From contig NW_008246106.1 in assembly GCF_000281045.1 (NCBI RefSeq), forward strand, positions 381,428 through 418,078: 36,651 nucleotides of DNA, given 5' to 3'. A program made the position numbers and the translations under genes. Below the pieces are notes generated by a model, which was not told the DNA's origin, did no database searches, and saw only the letters and a list, made by a program, of their open reading frames with translations. This document shows, piece by piece, positions 10,417-22,398 of this stretch (the stretch's first letter is position 1; the number at the start of each line of letters is the position of its first letter). The stretch comes from Saprolegnia diclina VS20 (lineage: Eukaryota).

Positions 10417-10751
10417 TAAGGTATAAGAACTATGGTCCTTCTTAGACGACTCGCCTGTCAGTGTTATTCGGGACGACCGCATGTGTGGCTGATTCGACTG
10501 CGCCAGGTGACCAAGCCGACTACGCCGGCCGACGCCCAACACCGACAGGTCCGAGACCAGTTCCCCCACATTCGAAAATATCAATCGGCGGGACAATTAC
10601 TATCACTTTGATCATTTCTTTAATTTGTCAACTGCGGACTCGTTGAGCATGTCCCTAACGTGTACTAGTACTAGGCTGATAAAACAAAGGCACATCGCAT
10701 TTAGAGTCTCAACAGACAGAGCAATCGACCAACCCACGATAATTATTCGTT

Positions 10752-11400
10752 ATGGTCGTCGCACCGTAACCCGTGCAGCGCTCACGTACTCTGTACATTA
10801 GGACACCAACTTGTGGTACGCTGCGCGTGCCAACCATTTGGAGGCGGTCGAGCGCTTGCTGGACCACGGCACGGATGAGGTCGTCAACTTTGCATGACGG
10901 CGTATCTACATCTACTTGTACAGCTTGATAGGACGCCTCTGCACAAACGTGTCACGAAGGCCACCACGATGTGGTTTAGTCCTCATCGCCCGACGAGCCA
11001 ACATCAACCAAGCAGACTACCCAACTCTCTGGATGAAGCAACTCCTGCGTTGTGGAAACCTGTAGAGTCCCGCCTCTGTATTTTGCATCTGAACAAGGCC
11101 ACGACGCTGTGGTTCAGCTGCTTCTCGCCAGCGGAGCCAACGTCGACCAAGCCGACGAAGGACATCTCCGATTGCTTCACAAGACTTGATTTGACGAAAT
11201 GGGACGGATGTAGAAAAGAGAGACTGCGCTGCACAAAGCCTCGCGTAAATCCAGCGTCGTGGCGCGTCTTCTCGGCTCTGGAGCGAGACGCGTCGACGAC
11301 TCGCAGTTTTACGTATTGGAGCACAGTCATTCCCGTACCTCGACTCAGTACCAGTCGGATTTTACTTTTGTTCGTCCTTCGTCCCCAGACCACCAACGCG
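10752..11400 (+). pseudogene. Decayed third ankyrin(-kinase) paralog
   Basis: Same ATG|GT...TTAG|GAC first-exon layout as copy B. Fragments DTNLWYAARANHLEAVERLL, RTPLH..EGHHDVV*, PLYFASEQGHDAVVQLLLASGANVDQADE and ETALHKASR are present with frameshifts, a stop and an apparent GT>GG donor loss. The intron remnant aagacttgatttgacgaaatg matches intron 341-392. No kinase follows. Confidence 0.8.
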
Positions 11401-11649
11401 CTTCCCGTCCGAGTCTGGCCACGACGCCATTTTCAACGTCCATCAACCAACTGATCGATCAACTATGTTGCCTTGACATCGGATTAGCAAAGACTACGAT
11501 AGCAACTGCTATTTCCCGACTGCGACGGTGCGTTAACCGAGATTAGGGTCATTTGGCCGGCGCTATTTTTCAATGACAATACTGTATTTACACGAGGTAC
11601 GACTATTCTTTTAATTATAAACTAGGGTGGACATGCGACACGGTGGTTG

Positions 11650-13059
11650 TTATGCGGCCGAGCTCGACGTCGTCATGCTGTGCACGAGCGTCGCCATCTT
11701 CTTCTCGAGCTGCGACTCGAGCGCCGCACACGTCTTGTCGGCGAGCGTTCGATCCTTCTCGAGCACACTGCGCCACTGCTCCAGGAGCTCCAAGTTGCGC
11801 GCGACGATCTGCTGCGTCTTGACAATCACATTTTCCGCGCGCTTGAGCCGGCGGTCCGTCTCGCCGCCGTCGTTGAGCGTATCGGGCGTCGTCAGCAACG
11901 CGCCGGGCCGCGCGAGGTCCTTCAACGTCGTTGGAAACTTTGGCAGCTGCAGCGTCGCAAGCAGCGGCGCAAAGTCCGGGTACTTGCGCTTCGCCTCAGG
12001 CTGGATCTGAAGCGCTGCCGACTCGACGAGCCGACCGGCCTCGATCGCGAGCGGGTACGGTCCGAGGATGAACTCCTTCATCGTGTGCGAGTACTCGTTG
12101 CCGACGATGGTCGCGAGGGCCGCGCGGAGAAGCCCAAACGCTTGGCGGTACTGCTTGTAGATATCTTCTACCTGCTTTTGGATCGCGTCGCTGGCCTTGA
12201 CTTCGGAGGCGGCGACTGCGATGTGGGCCTTGAGTCGGTGGACGTCTGGTACGACAAACGCGTTGAAGACGTTGTTGAGGATGTCCCGCTTCTCCTGTTC
12301 GAGCAGCTCTTGTCGCTCCATGAGCTCGACGTCGAGGTCGTCCATGGGCACGGGCAGAAGCGACATGGACGTCGACGGCAGCTGGCCGCCGGTCGAGCGC
12401 GGCTTGAGCGACTGGATCTGCAGTTCCGTGAGGCTCATGGACCGGCGCTCGAGCTTGTGCAACGTGTTGTCGGCGGCCTCGGCGTCGCTGAGCTGCTTGC
12501 AGAGCTTGAGCCGGAGCTTCTCCATGCGCTTCTCCTTGTTGAAGCCAAAGAAGCGCCGAAGCGCCGAGTTTTCTATCTTCTCCATCTTGGCGAGCAGCTC
12601 GGCTTGCGTCGCGCGCTTCTCGATGCAGTCCTTCCGAGCCTTCTCGAGCTCCTTTGAGAGCGCGACCCACTCTTCTTCGTACGGCGCGGGGATGTCAATC
12701 TTGCCGCCACGCGTCGACGGGAAGAGGCCCGTGCTGCGCTGGCTCGAGAAGAGCGTTCCGCGCGTCGTGCCGGTCGGCGTCGTCGCGCTCGCGCTCGGGC
12801 CACGGAAGCTCGTGTTGAAGCCGCGCGAGCTGCCATAGTTGGAGGGCACGCGCGCGCTAAAGACACCGCGCGACGAGCCGCCGGCCTTGGTCGACTCGAG
12901 GTTGTCCCAGCTGTGGTTGCGCTGGCGGCTCCGCTGGAGGCGCGCCATCTGCTCGAGCTCCATGTTGAGGCGCTCGTAGCGCGCGAGGAGGTTCTGGTCG
13001 ATCTCGTACTCCTCCGAGACGCTCACGGAGCGGCCGAGGGTCGTCGTCGTCGGGGCCAT
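11650..13059 (-). CDS. Hypothetical coiled-coil protein (469 aa, single exon)
   Basis: Long ORF with strong GC3 codon bias, a Ser/Gly/Thr-rich N-terminal region and several heptad-like helices. No family recognised. Confidence 0.85.
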   Translation of the reverse strand: MAPTTTTLGRSVSVSEEYEIDQNLLARYERLNMELEQMARLQRSRQRNHSWDNLESTKAGGSSRGVFSARVPSNYGSSRGFNTSFRGPSASATTPTGTTRGTLFSSQRSTGLFPSTRGGKIDIPAPYEEEWVALSKELEKARKDCIEKRATQAELLAKMEKIENSALRRFFGFNKEKRMEKLRLKLCKQLSDAEAADNTLHKLERRSMSLTELQIQSLKPRSTGGQLPSTSMSLLPVPMDDLDVELMERQELLEQEKRDILNNVFNAFVVPDVHRLKAHIAVAASEVKASDAIQKQVEDIYKQYRQAFGLLRAALATIVGNEYSHTMKEFILGPYPLAIEAGRLVESAALQIQPEAKRKYPDFAPLLATLQLPKFPTTLKDLARPGALLTTPDTLNDGGETDRRLKRAENVIVKTQQIVARNLELLEQWRSVLEKDRTLADKTCAALESQLEKKMATLVHSMTTSSSAA

Positions 13060-14239
13060 CTTGCGCGGAGGCGATACTTGCTACACTGGATCGTCGGCCG
13101 CAAGCAGCGGCTTCTGCCCGCCATCTGCCACCTCTCGGTATAATATTATCTTCATGTTTGTATGGCGCGCACCTCATTTTAATGTGGCATGTCACTGGGC
13201 GTAATGGGCGTGGCTTTTTTTTGGCGCCGCATACAAATTCCAAGTGCAAGTGGCAGGGCGCAAGGCCATTGGCTGTCGCCACCGACAGCATTACTGCCCA
13301 TATGTATACAAACTTCAAGTGCTTTGCATACCGACGAACTTCTAGCAGGAGGTCCTGCAGCGCGACGAGACCACCGCGCTGCCGCCGCGACTAAGCTTAC
13401 GACGACGACGACGGTCTTGTCCCATGCACCGCCAAGAGCGAGGTTCCGGTAGCTGTAGAAGAGCTTGGATGAGGACCAATGGACCAGTATAGAGTCTGAG
13501 TTGCGTAGGATACGCTGGACAGAGGACAGACGATGCGAGTGAGATCGGCCGTGTGTTGCTGCTGTGGACACGACCGCGGACCGCTTCTTTACGATGCCAA
13601 TCAGCGCAGGAGGCAACAATCGATGGTAGTGCTTGACCTGTTCTGCAAGAGAATGCTATTGCGATCGTCGGGCGGCGGTTGGCGGCGACTCAGGAGGTCC
13701 AAGGAACAGGCGTGGAAGAGGCAAGGCGGTGGTGTGGACTGCACGTCCAAGCAGCACGACGACTGCGATGGTCGGAGGAGATGCGTCATTGCTCACACCA
13801 CGATCTCGCCGGGCACACGCTGGAACGACGATAGTGGAGTCAGTCACCCATAGCTCATCCCAGCGCATCGCATCAGCGTTGATATACCGCGTCGTTCCTC
13901 TGCGACTTGTTGCTGCTGTCGTTGGGCAGCCAAATGAATTGCTGGCTTGTCCCTGGGCTTGTCCAAATCGAAAATCATCCAAGACACCTTGGAGGAGGCA
14001 GGAGGTCCTGCAGCATCTCGTCGTCGTCGTCAACTCTGTCGCCTGTCGGTTAGTGATCCCAAGATGCGCCACGTGCGCGATGCTGCATCGCCGACGCGCC
14101 GCCGACCATCCACTACGATCGATACAGTAGGTGCGGCGTCCTACACTGTACTGTTCTAGACGATGGGGTCGCAACTGCGGCAGCGGCTTCAATACGGGTA
14201 CCCGTCGCGTTGGCGCCAAAAATGCGCAAATTCCGAGTG

Positions 14240-16717
14240 TTATTTTTTGGCTTTCGGTGGCTTTTTTGTCCGCCGCAACTTTTCATAGAACGAAGCCAGT
14301 CCCGTGGTTGGCACGGATGTCGTGTCGTCGTCTTCCGGGTACGACGGCGCGTCACTTGTCGACGCGCTGTTGTCAGGCAGGATCTTGGCCGACCGCATCT
14401 TTTCGAGCATCGACGTGCGCTCCATGCACTCGCGGTGCACGGTTTGCTGCAAGAGCGCAATTTCCTAGTTCATTTCATAGTATAACTATACCATTCGAAG
14501 CGTGTGTACCTGGTCTTTCTGAGATAAGAGCTCGGTGAGTCGCTGGACATTGCCGGACGACTCTTGGTTTGACGGACTCTTGTCGACTTTCGGAGATGAT
14601 TTGGCGTGACGGGGAGCCGACCGCGCGTCTTGAAGCGCCGCCTCGAGCTGCTCGACAGTGCGCTTGTACTGCTGAATGTCGGCTTGGAGTCGCTGAATCG
14701 AGGTCTCTTTTTCGTGGAGCGATGTGGCCGCATTCTTGTCCAGCGCTATTTGCTTGCGTTCGAGGGCCTGCTGCAGACCGTCGCGCTCCTGGAGCGCTAT
14801 ATTCTACAACACCATCTTTCAATTTCGCTGGTGGATAAATTGATACAAAAGAACTCACCTTTTCGCCTTCGAGATCGCGGAGTTTGCGCTCGAGCGCCGA
14901 CAGAGACGACTTGACGTGTTGGTGGCCCATCTTGGTACTCTACCGGTTGACATATTGATACTTTTCGTTGCGATTTCGAATGGAATACTTGAAGCTCTTC
15001 CATGTAGCTGGCCGCGCGCTGCTTGGCGTCCTTGAGCGCGCGATCGCAATCGTCGGCCTACGCGGATTCGATTGCAGAGACTGCCACGTCATAATATGAG
15101 ACAGGCGCACTTTTTTCTCAGCGATCGACGTGGCCAGTTTGATATGCCGCACGTGGTCGTGGAGCTGCTGCAGTTCGAGACCGAGTCGGTCGATCTCTTC
15201 CTTGGCAGAGGTTGCTGCGCCGTCCAGCTACCCAGAGTTGAGTTATGACCAGACAGGATGGCATTTCCTACTGCAATAGCGTGGTTGGACTTCAGCTCGG
15301 CGATTTCTTTGGACCACTCGAGCTTGACCCTGTCCATCGCTGCCTTGTGCTCGGCTGCATGGCTCGACAGTGTCCTTGCTTGCTCGTCGATCGTACTTTG
15401 TAGACCTCTAATTTGTCCCTAGCATCCCATTCCCTCCAACTCCCGTAACCACAAAGGAGACAGTACCTTGACTTCGTGAAGTCGGTCGTCGGCCGATGCA
15501 ATCTCTTGCTTGAGCGTTGTGCGCTCGGCCAACAAAAGCACCTTGTTCTTCTCGAGCGCAGTCGCCTGGTGCTTCCACTTTGCAATGTCCTCATGTAGTT
15601 GTCGGACGTCGGCACGCTCGACCTCGGCTTCGGCCACCGTCCGTGACGCCGCCGCGTGGGCTTGCACCAGCTAATTTCTCTCAATATGAAATCTCGTCCG
15701 ACAGAAGAGTAGACAAATGTACTTGGTCTTGGACCATGTGCAGCTGTGCTTTGGTCTGCGCGAGCTCGGCTTGCACGGCGGCAAGCGATTCATGTGTCGC
15801 CGCTTCGACGTGTTGGAGTTCGTGTTTAGCCGTGGCGGCGGCCAACGCGTAGCCGTCGACGCGTGCTTGTAGCTGCGCGCTCGTTGCTAGCGCCGCTCGC
15901 AGCTCGTCGTCTTGTGTGGCAATGACGCCTTCGAGTCGAGCGATCTCGGCGTCCGCCTTGAGCTTGTGGCTTGCGAGCGTCGACTTGGCCGTGTCGATTT
16001 GCGCCATTAGCGTCGCCTTTTCCTGTTGCCACGTCATTTGGCTCGACTCGTGAAGATGCGCTGCATCCCGGAGCGCCTCCACCATCTAATACAGACAACG
16101 CATGGGACGAATATCCCAAGTCATGGGAGCGACGCAACCTGCTGTTCAAGGCGAGCAATGTCTTGGGTCTTGAGATCGACTTGCTTTTCTGCGGCACCAA
16201 CCCGCCGGTTGGCTTCGTCCAAAATCAAATTCCGCTGGGTCGTCAACTCCGCCTCTGCACCGCGAAGCGACGCGTGCGCCACCGAGAGCTGCTGCTGAAG
16301 GTCCTTCTTCTCTTGCATGTGCTTCTGTTCTACGGCAAGAAACCCTTGTAGTTGAGACGTGATGGCCACGACTGTCGCCGCATGCTCGTGCTGGAACGCA
16401 AGCATCTCGGCTTTCATGGTCTGTTGCTGCGTCTTGGCCACTCGCATCCATTGCACAATCGACTACAAACTCTGAATAAGATCTGAGATACGGACAGCGC
16501 CGACCTCGAACTGCCGCCGGTAGACCTTGGCGGTTTGCTGCAGCTCTTGGACTTCGGCAAATACAAAGTAGCTGACGCCGCAAAACGTGCAGGCCGTGTC
16601 GGCTTCGTCCATCTTTTGCACGGCGACCGGCAGCTTTTGCCGCGTCGGGCCATTGTACAGCTCGTCCTTGGTCGGGTCGCGGAGGATCTCATGCGGCTGC
16701 AATCGAAAGCCCGACAT
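14240..16717 (-). CDS. LEKR1-like long coiled-coil protein (multi-exon)
   Basis: The N-terminal LPVAVQKMDEADTACTFCGVSYFVFAEVQEL and C-terminal LQQTVHRECMERTSMLEKM resemble the conserved ends of LEKR1. The successive minus-strand ORFs between them are coiled-coil and separated by short GT-AG introns. Confidence 0.75.
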
Positions 16718-16875
16718 GCTCAAGTGATTGTATTTATAGCCATTTGAGGTTCTGGGACTAGGGTTAGGGTTCTATCCGCCGTCGCTTTTTCACGATGTAT
16801 TCTGTCACCGATGCGATAGTCCAATCATGATGCCATCAACCACAGCACCATGGATCTCTAGAGGTGCTTAGCGCG

Positions 16876-18850
16876 TTAGCTAGCGGCCTGCGTGCCGTAC
16901 GACTGAATATGCGGTCGGTCGAGGAGCTCTTGGCGCTCGGTCGCGTCAAGCGGCGTAGGCACTGCCGTCATCGAGGCCAGAGGAGCCATGTCTCGCCCAT
17001 GGAGGTGCCCACAGTGCTTCGTAAAGTCGACGTAGACGAGCATTGCAGCGAGTCCCATGCCGAGCAGCGCCAGGCCCATGAAGAGGACGTTGAGGTACGG
17101 CTGGTACACGTGCAGGATGCTGTACTCGACGACCACAAACATCGGTACGATTGCCAACCCGACATTCTAACGACAATTGTGTGCACACTCGTGTCAAGAG
17201 GAATACCGACACAAAGGACGTACCAGAAAGGCCGAGGCAACGCCGTACGCTGTGCCCACGTGATGCGGCTCGACACAGCCTACAACAATGAGGTTTGGAG
17301 ATAACTATGATGCCGAGAGCTTACACGAGAGAGCAGGCCACATGGCTGCGGAGAAGATGGAGAGCGCCGCCGCTTGCAGCACGACAGGAACGTACAGCGA
17401 AACGCTGGTGAATCCGAGGAGCGTCTGTGCGAGTAAGCACGCGGCCATACTTCCGAGCGCAATGAACGTGCGGTACCCGACCTTGTCGACGAGGTAGCCA
17501 AAGAGCGGGGCCGACACGGCGATGGCGAACGGACCGACGCTCAAGGGCCCGGCCGCGGCTTGTTCGGCCGAGTACTTGGCCGCGCAATAGGCTTGTGTCG
17601 ATGGCCCGTGCTTCCACACATCGCTGTCGCAGTTGATATCGACGGCCGAGACGTATGGCGGAATCTGGCGACAGCTTGCTTGGTCGGTGGCCTCCATGCA
17701 CGAGAGCGAGAGGAGCGGCAGCGGGTGTGCGAATGGCGGCGACGGCGGACAGGCCGGCGGCAAACTCGAGCAGTTGTTGTCGCCAGCGTACGCGCCGAGG
17801 CCGCAACGCTTGCACTCGGTCGGGAGGGCCTTGTAGTAGTCGCGCTCCATAAAAACACTGCTGGCGACGTTGTTGAACGGGCCCACGATCACATAGATCA
17901 CAAAGAAGAGGAGCACGACAAGCCAGTAGGCCATACTAGACGAAAACGCTAGTCGATACCTCCATAGAGATAGAGATACATACCTGAAGTCCCGGACGTC
18001 GGACGGGCGAAGGTGGCGCTTGAGCTCGAGCTCGGCCGCGCGTTCGTCCGGCGACAACACCTCGTCGTCGATCTGGGCTTGCGCGGTGGCGTCAATGGGC
18101 GCCAGCACGAGCGTCGCGCCCAGCGAGAGACCGCAGAGCGCCGCGCCGACCCAGAGCGCACTCGTCAAGCCAAACGTCTCGGCCAGAAGCGGGCTCAGCG
18201 CGTTATTGAGCGTCGAGGCGAGTTTGGATATGCACAAGAGCACGCCATTCGTGAACGCTGCATCGATTATGAGACGCTGTTGCCCATGCAAGTAGAGAGG
18301 GTACCAAGTTCGTTGCTGGGAAACCACAGCGCGAGCAAGGTGGCTTGGGCCACCGATATGGTTTCGCCGCCGAGGCCAAAGACCACACGGCCCGCCTACA
18401 AGTGCAATGTCGTCAAAACGGCAATGTCGCAATGCTAGAAGGAGGTACGAGCATGAGCGGGAAGCTGCGCCATTGGTTGCCGAGCGCAAAGATGACTTGG
18501 CCGAGCGTAATGAATGACGTCATGAGCAGCAGCACGCGGCGTGGCCCAAAGCGATCGGTGAGGTAGCCACCAAAGAAGGGCAAAATGATGTTGGGCATCG
18601 AGTAGACGCTGTAGAGAAGGTTCTGCCATTCTGTCAAGGACGTTTACCAAAGGCACAGAGGAGGCAAGAGGATGCAAGACAGGCAGGGAAAGGATACGAA
18701 GTACATTTCGTACTCGTGCCAGGGCATGGCATGGAAGCGGTCCTGGAGCTGGTTCTTGAGCGCCGACGGGTTGTCGTAGCAGTACGAGTTGCCGACGTTG
18801 AGCGCGCCCGTCAGCAATAGCACGAGCGCCCGGACCTGCCACGGCTGCAT
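16876..18850 (-). CDS. MFSD1-like major facilitator transporter, copy 1 (multi-exon)
   Basis: GNSYCYDNPSALKNQL, LLYSVYSMPNIILPFFGGYLTDRFG, GRVVFGLGGET, APLFGYLVDKVGYR and AAMWPAL; C-terminal ERQELL...SYGT. Confidence 0.9.
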
Positions 18851-19234
18851 GTTGCTCGACGCTCGCCAAATCCAAATTGCGAAACCTCCTGGCGTCGCCT
18901 TAAAAGAAACATTCTTTATTCATTCTTTTTTCGGAAAAGAGTAAAAGACATAAAAGAATGCGTTCTCAAAGTGTTTTAAAAACTTTGGTTGAAGCCACCG
19001 CCACCACCATATGGTGCACCAGCGACCGCTGCCAAGGGTCGCGTACGACGATCGCACCAGCTTGGCCACCCGCCGCCATGCGACGACCGGACGATGAGCT
19101 CCAGCACTCGGCGGCAACCTAGCGATGTGCTCAGCACAGGCGGCTATTGCGCGCTGCCAGCGTGCGCGTGCGCCATGCTGCATCGACCTCGCACGTTCCT
19201 ACGACGAGCCATGGCATGCCACGTCCACGCCGCA

Positions 19235-21627
19235 TTAGGCGGTCTTCGCTCCATGTAGCAAGCTATCTACCGACAGGTGCGCTTCANNNNNNNNNNNNNN
19301 NNNNNNNNNNNNNNNNNNNNNNNNNNNNNNNNNNNNNNNNNNNNNNNNNNNNNNNNNNNNNNNNNNNNNNNNNNNNNNNNNNNNNNNNNNNNNNNNNNNN
19401 NNNNNNNNNNNNNNNNNNNNNNNNNNNNNNNNNNNNNNNNNNNNNNNNNNNNNNNNNNNNNNNNNNNNNNNNNNNNNNNNNNNNNNNNNNNNNNNNNNNN
19501 NNNNNNNNNNNNNNNNNNNNNNNNNNNNNNNNNNNNNNNNNNNNNNNNNNNNNNNNNNNNNNNNNNNNNNNNNNNNNNNNNNNNNNNNNNNNNNNNNNNN
19601 NNNNNNNNNNNNNNNNNNNNNNNNNNNNNNNNNNNNNNNNNNNNNNNNNNNNNNNNNNNNNNNNNNNNNNNNNNNNNNNNNNNNNNNNNNNNNNNNNGGG
19701 TCGAGCAGCGCCTCCATGTGGTCGGCGTCGAGATGCACGGAGCGCGCGGCCGCTGCCGAGCTGCGGTTGAGCACCGACCCATTCTTGTAGTCGACAATGT
19801 TGAGGAGGATGCCAGCGACCGACCCGAGCGCGCCAAAGGCCACAAAGAGCATTTCGACGCTGGGAAGGTACTTGTTTTCGACGCTGTAGACCATCGCGAC
19901 CAGCATCGGAAAGAGCGCAAGACCCAAGTTCTACATAGCGTCTTCTAGACAACTTGTCCATCATGCTGTAGACTGTACCTGGATCGACGTGATGGCGCCG
20001 TACGCACTGCCCACCAAGCGCGCATCGACGACATCTACACCAACATTGTCATGCGTCGCATCTCGCATCAAGAGGAAGGACGTACACGGAATCGACGGCC
20101 AGAGCGCAGCAGCAAACACGCAGTATGCGACGCCTTGCAGCACCAAGGGAACCCAGTAGGTCACATGCGTCGTGCCAAGCAGCAGATGCACGACTGTCAG
20201 CAAGACGGACGAGAGAAGCGCGAGACCGGCGCGGAACCCGACGCGGTCGACTGCGTAGCCCATGACCGGCGAGAGGACGGCTGAGATGAGGTACGGGACA
20301 CTCATTGGCGTGGCAGCAGCGGCGGCTGCAGCGCTCTTGCGGCTGCAGTAAACCGCGGAGAACGGCCCCTTCTTCCATGCGTCGTCGTCGCAGTTGATCA
20401 TGGCTTCGGTCACGTACGGTGCTGTGTGCGCGCAGTGCAGCTGGTCCTCGGGCGACTGAATCGAGCAGTTGCGGTTGAGGGCCGGAAGCGGCCAGCTGAA
20501 CGGTGGCACGGGCGGGCAGGTCGGTGCGATGACCGAGCAGTTGGTGTCGCCGGCATACGCGCCCTCGCCGCACTGCTGGCACGCGGGCGGCGGCTGGCGG
20601 AAGAAGTCACGTTCCATGAGCAGACTGCTGGCAACGTTGTTGAATGGAATGACGCAGCCGTAGACGACCATACATGCAATCGCCAAAAGCCAAAAGATGG
20701 GCCTAGGAGATTGCGATATAGCAAGATAGGACATGAGAGTATCGAGGTACCGAAAACTGCGAATGTCGCGGCAGCTAAACCCTTGGTCTTTGGCCACGGG
20801 CGCGGATGCCCCAAACGACTTGGTGCGCGCGATCGCCGCGTCCGCACGCTTGTCAATCGGGATCAAGATGAGGGCCGCGATGAGCGACACGCCGCACATG
20901 ACAACGCCCATCCAAAGCGCGCTCGAGACGTTGTACTCGGACGCAATTACAGGGCTGAGTTCGTTGTTGAAGACGCTGCCAAGCCGCGCAATGCTGAGGT
21001 TGATGCCGAGCGCCAGCGCTACGCAGATTGTCAATTCGTCTTGCCAAAGCAACTGTCAATGCGTACCGAGCTCCTTGTTCTTGAACCACGATGCGACAAG
21101 CGTGCTCTGGGCAACGCCCAAGCTTTCGCCGCCGAGGCCAAAGAGGATACGGCCAAGCTAATGATGGGATCGATGAGAAAGGCCACGCTAGCGGCGTACC
21201 AGCATGACGTTGAACTGCGAGATCGAGCAGCCGAATGCAAAGACGATTTGCCCGAGTGTGATGGTCGTGGCAAACTACCGTGTCATCACGAGGGCGGAGA
21301 AGTGGCGACGAGGATGTACCATCAAGAGGCAGAGGCGCGCGCCAAGCCGATCGACGAGGAAGCCGCCAAAAAACGGCAAGATGATGTTGGGGATCGAGTA
21401 GAGCGTGTAGAGCATGTTCTACGGAGCGCGCATGAGCATACATCGCTTGGATCGGCGCGTACAAAGAGAAACTCGAAGCGGTCGGGCGGAAAGGCGCCGT
21501 TGAAGCGCTGCTGCAGCTGGCTCTTGAGCGCAGCGGGGTTGTCAAAGCAGTAGTAGTTGCCGATCATGAGCGTGCACGAGAGCACGAGCACGAGCCAGCG
21601 CATCGGGAGTTGGCTCTTCTCCAGCAT
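19235..21627 (-). CDS. MFSD1-like major facilitator transporter, copy 2 (3' end uncertain because of gap)
   Basis: GNYYCFDNPAALKSQL, GINLSIARLGSVFN, SPVMGYAVDRVGFR and AAALWPSIP. Coding sequence runs into the gap at 19697; the stop at 19235 is tentative. Confidence 0.88.
19287..19697. other. Assembly gap
   Basis: Run of N. Confidence 1.
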
Positions 21628-22197
21628 CGTGGCCGCACGATCCCGCGAGAACAAAGAATGAAGGAATCTTTTGTCGCATCAGATTTTGGCCAATGGCATC
21701 GCCGCAAGTGGCAGATCACCTTTGGATTGGTCAAAAAAGAATCTTGGTCACTTTGCTGTTTGAACAAGCAGCTGATCGCGCGCCGACGCAGTGCACGACT
21801 CGAGCACATGGCCAGCTTCCGCCACGATGCAATCAAGAGCTCTAGACAACATGTACTATATGTGATATTCCTCATTGGCCGACTAGTGTAGCAGTGTCGG
21901 GCTGCTCTACACTCAGCAAATGTCCCGAGCATCCACACCATGCCACCAGTACTGCCAGGCTTGTTTGAAGGCGCTAGAGGTAGCGAGTCCACAGGCTAGA
22001 TGATAGCAACGAATCCCGTAGTATGTTTAACTAGTCTAGACTACAGTTTCATTTTGTCTGCCGGTGGGATCTGGCTGGCATGCCACGGATGCTACCCAAG
22101 CGGCCCTCTGAGCGATGGAAGCGCGATGAGACCAGCACCAAGAGCGTACGCCACGTCCTCTACATAGCCTTGTCAATTCATACATCGTACTTGGCGG

Positions 22198-22398
22198 NNN
22201 NNNNNNNNNNNNNNNNNNNNNNNNNNNNNNNNNNNNNNNNNNNNNNNNNNNNNNNNNNNNNNNNNNNNNNNNNNNNNNNNNNNNNNNNNNNNNNNNNNNN
22301 NNNNNNNNNNNNNNNNNNNNNNNNNNNNNNNNNNNNNNNNNNNNNNNNNNNNNNNNNNNNNNNNNNNNNNNNNNNNNNNNNNNNNNNNNNNNNNNNNN
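22198..22398. other. Assembly gap
   Basis: Run of N. Confidence 1.

Noticed and set aside
11647..12838. Long antisense ORFs (also 4486-5514, 20426-21553, 30771-32252)
   Set aside because: Shadows of GC3-biased genes on the opposite strand, some artificially extended through N gaps.
16758..16773. Telomere-like AGGGTTAGGGTT (similar motif at ~32818-32829)
   Set aside because: Only about two units; the second instance reads as a CCCTAAC branch site in a minus-strand intron. Not a telomere or interstitial array.
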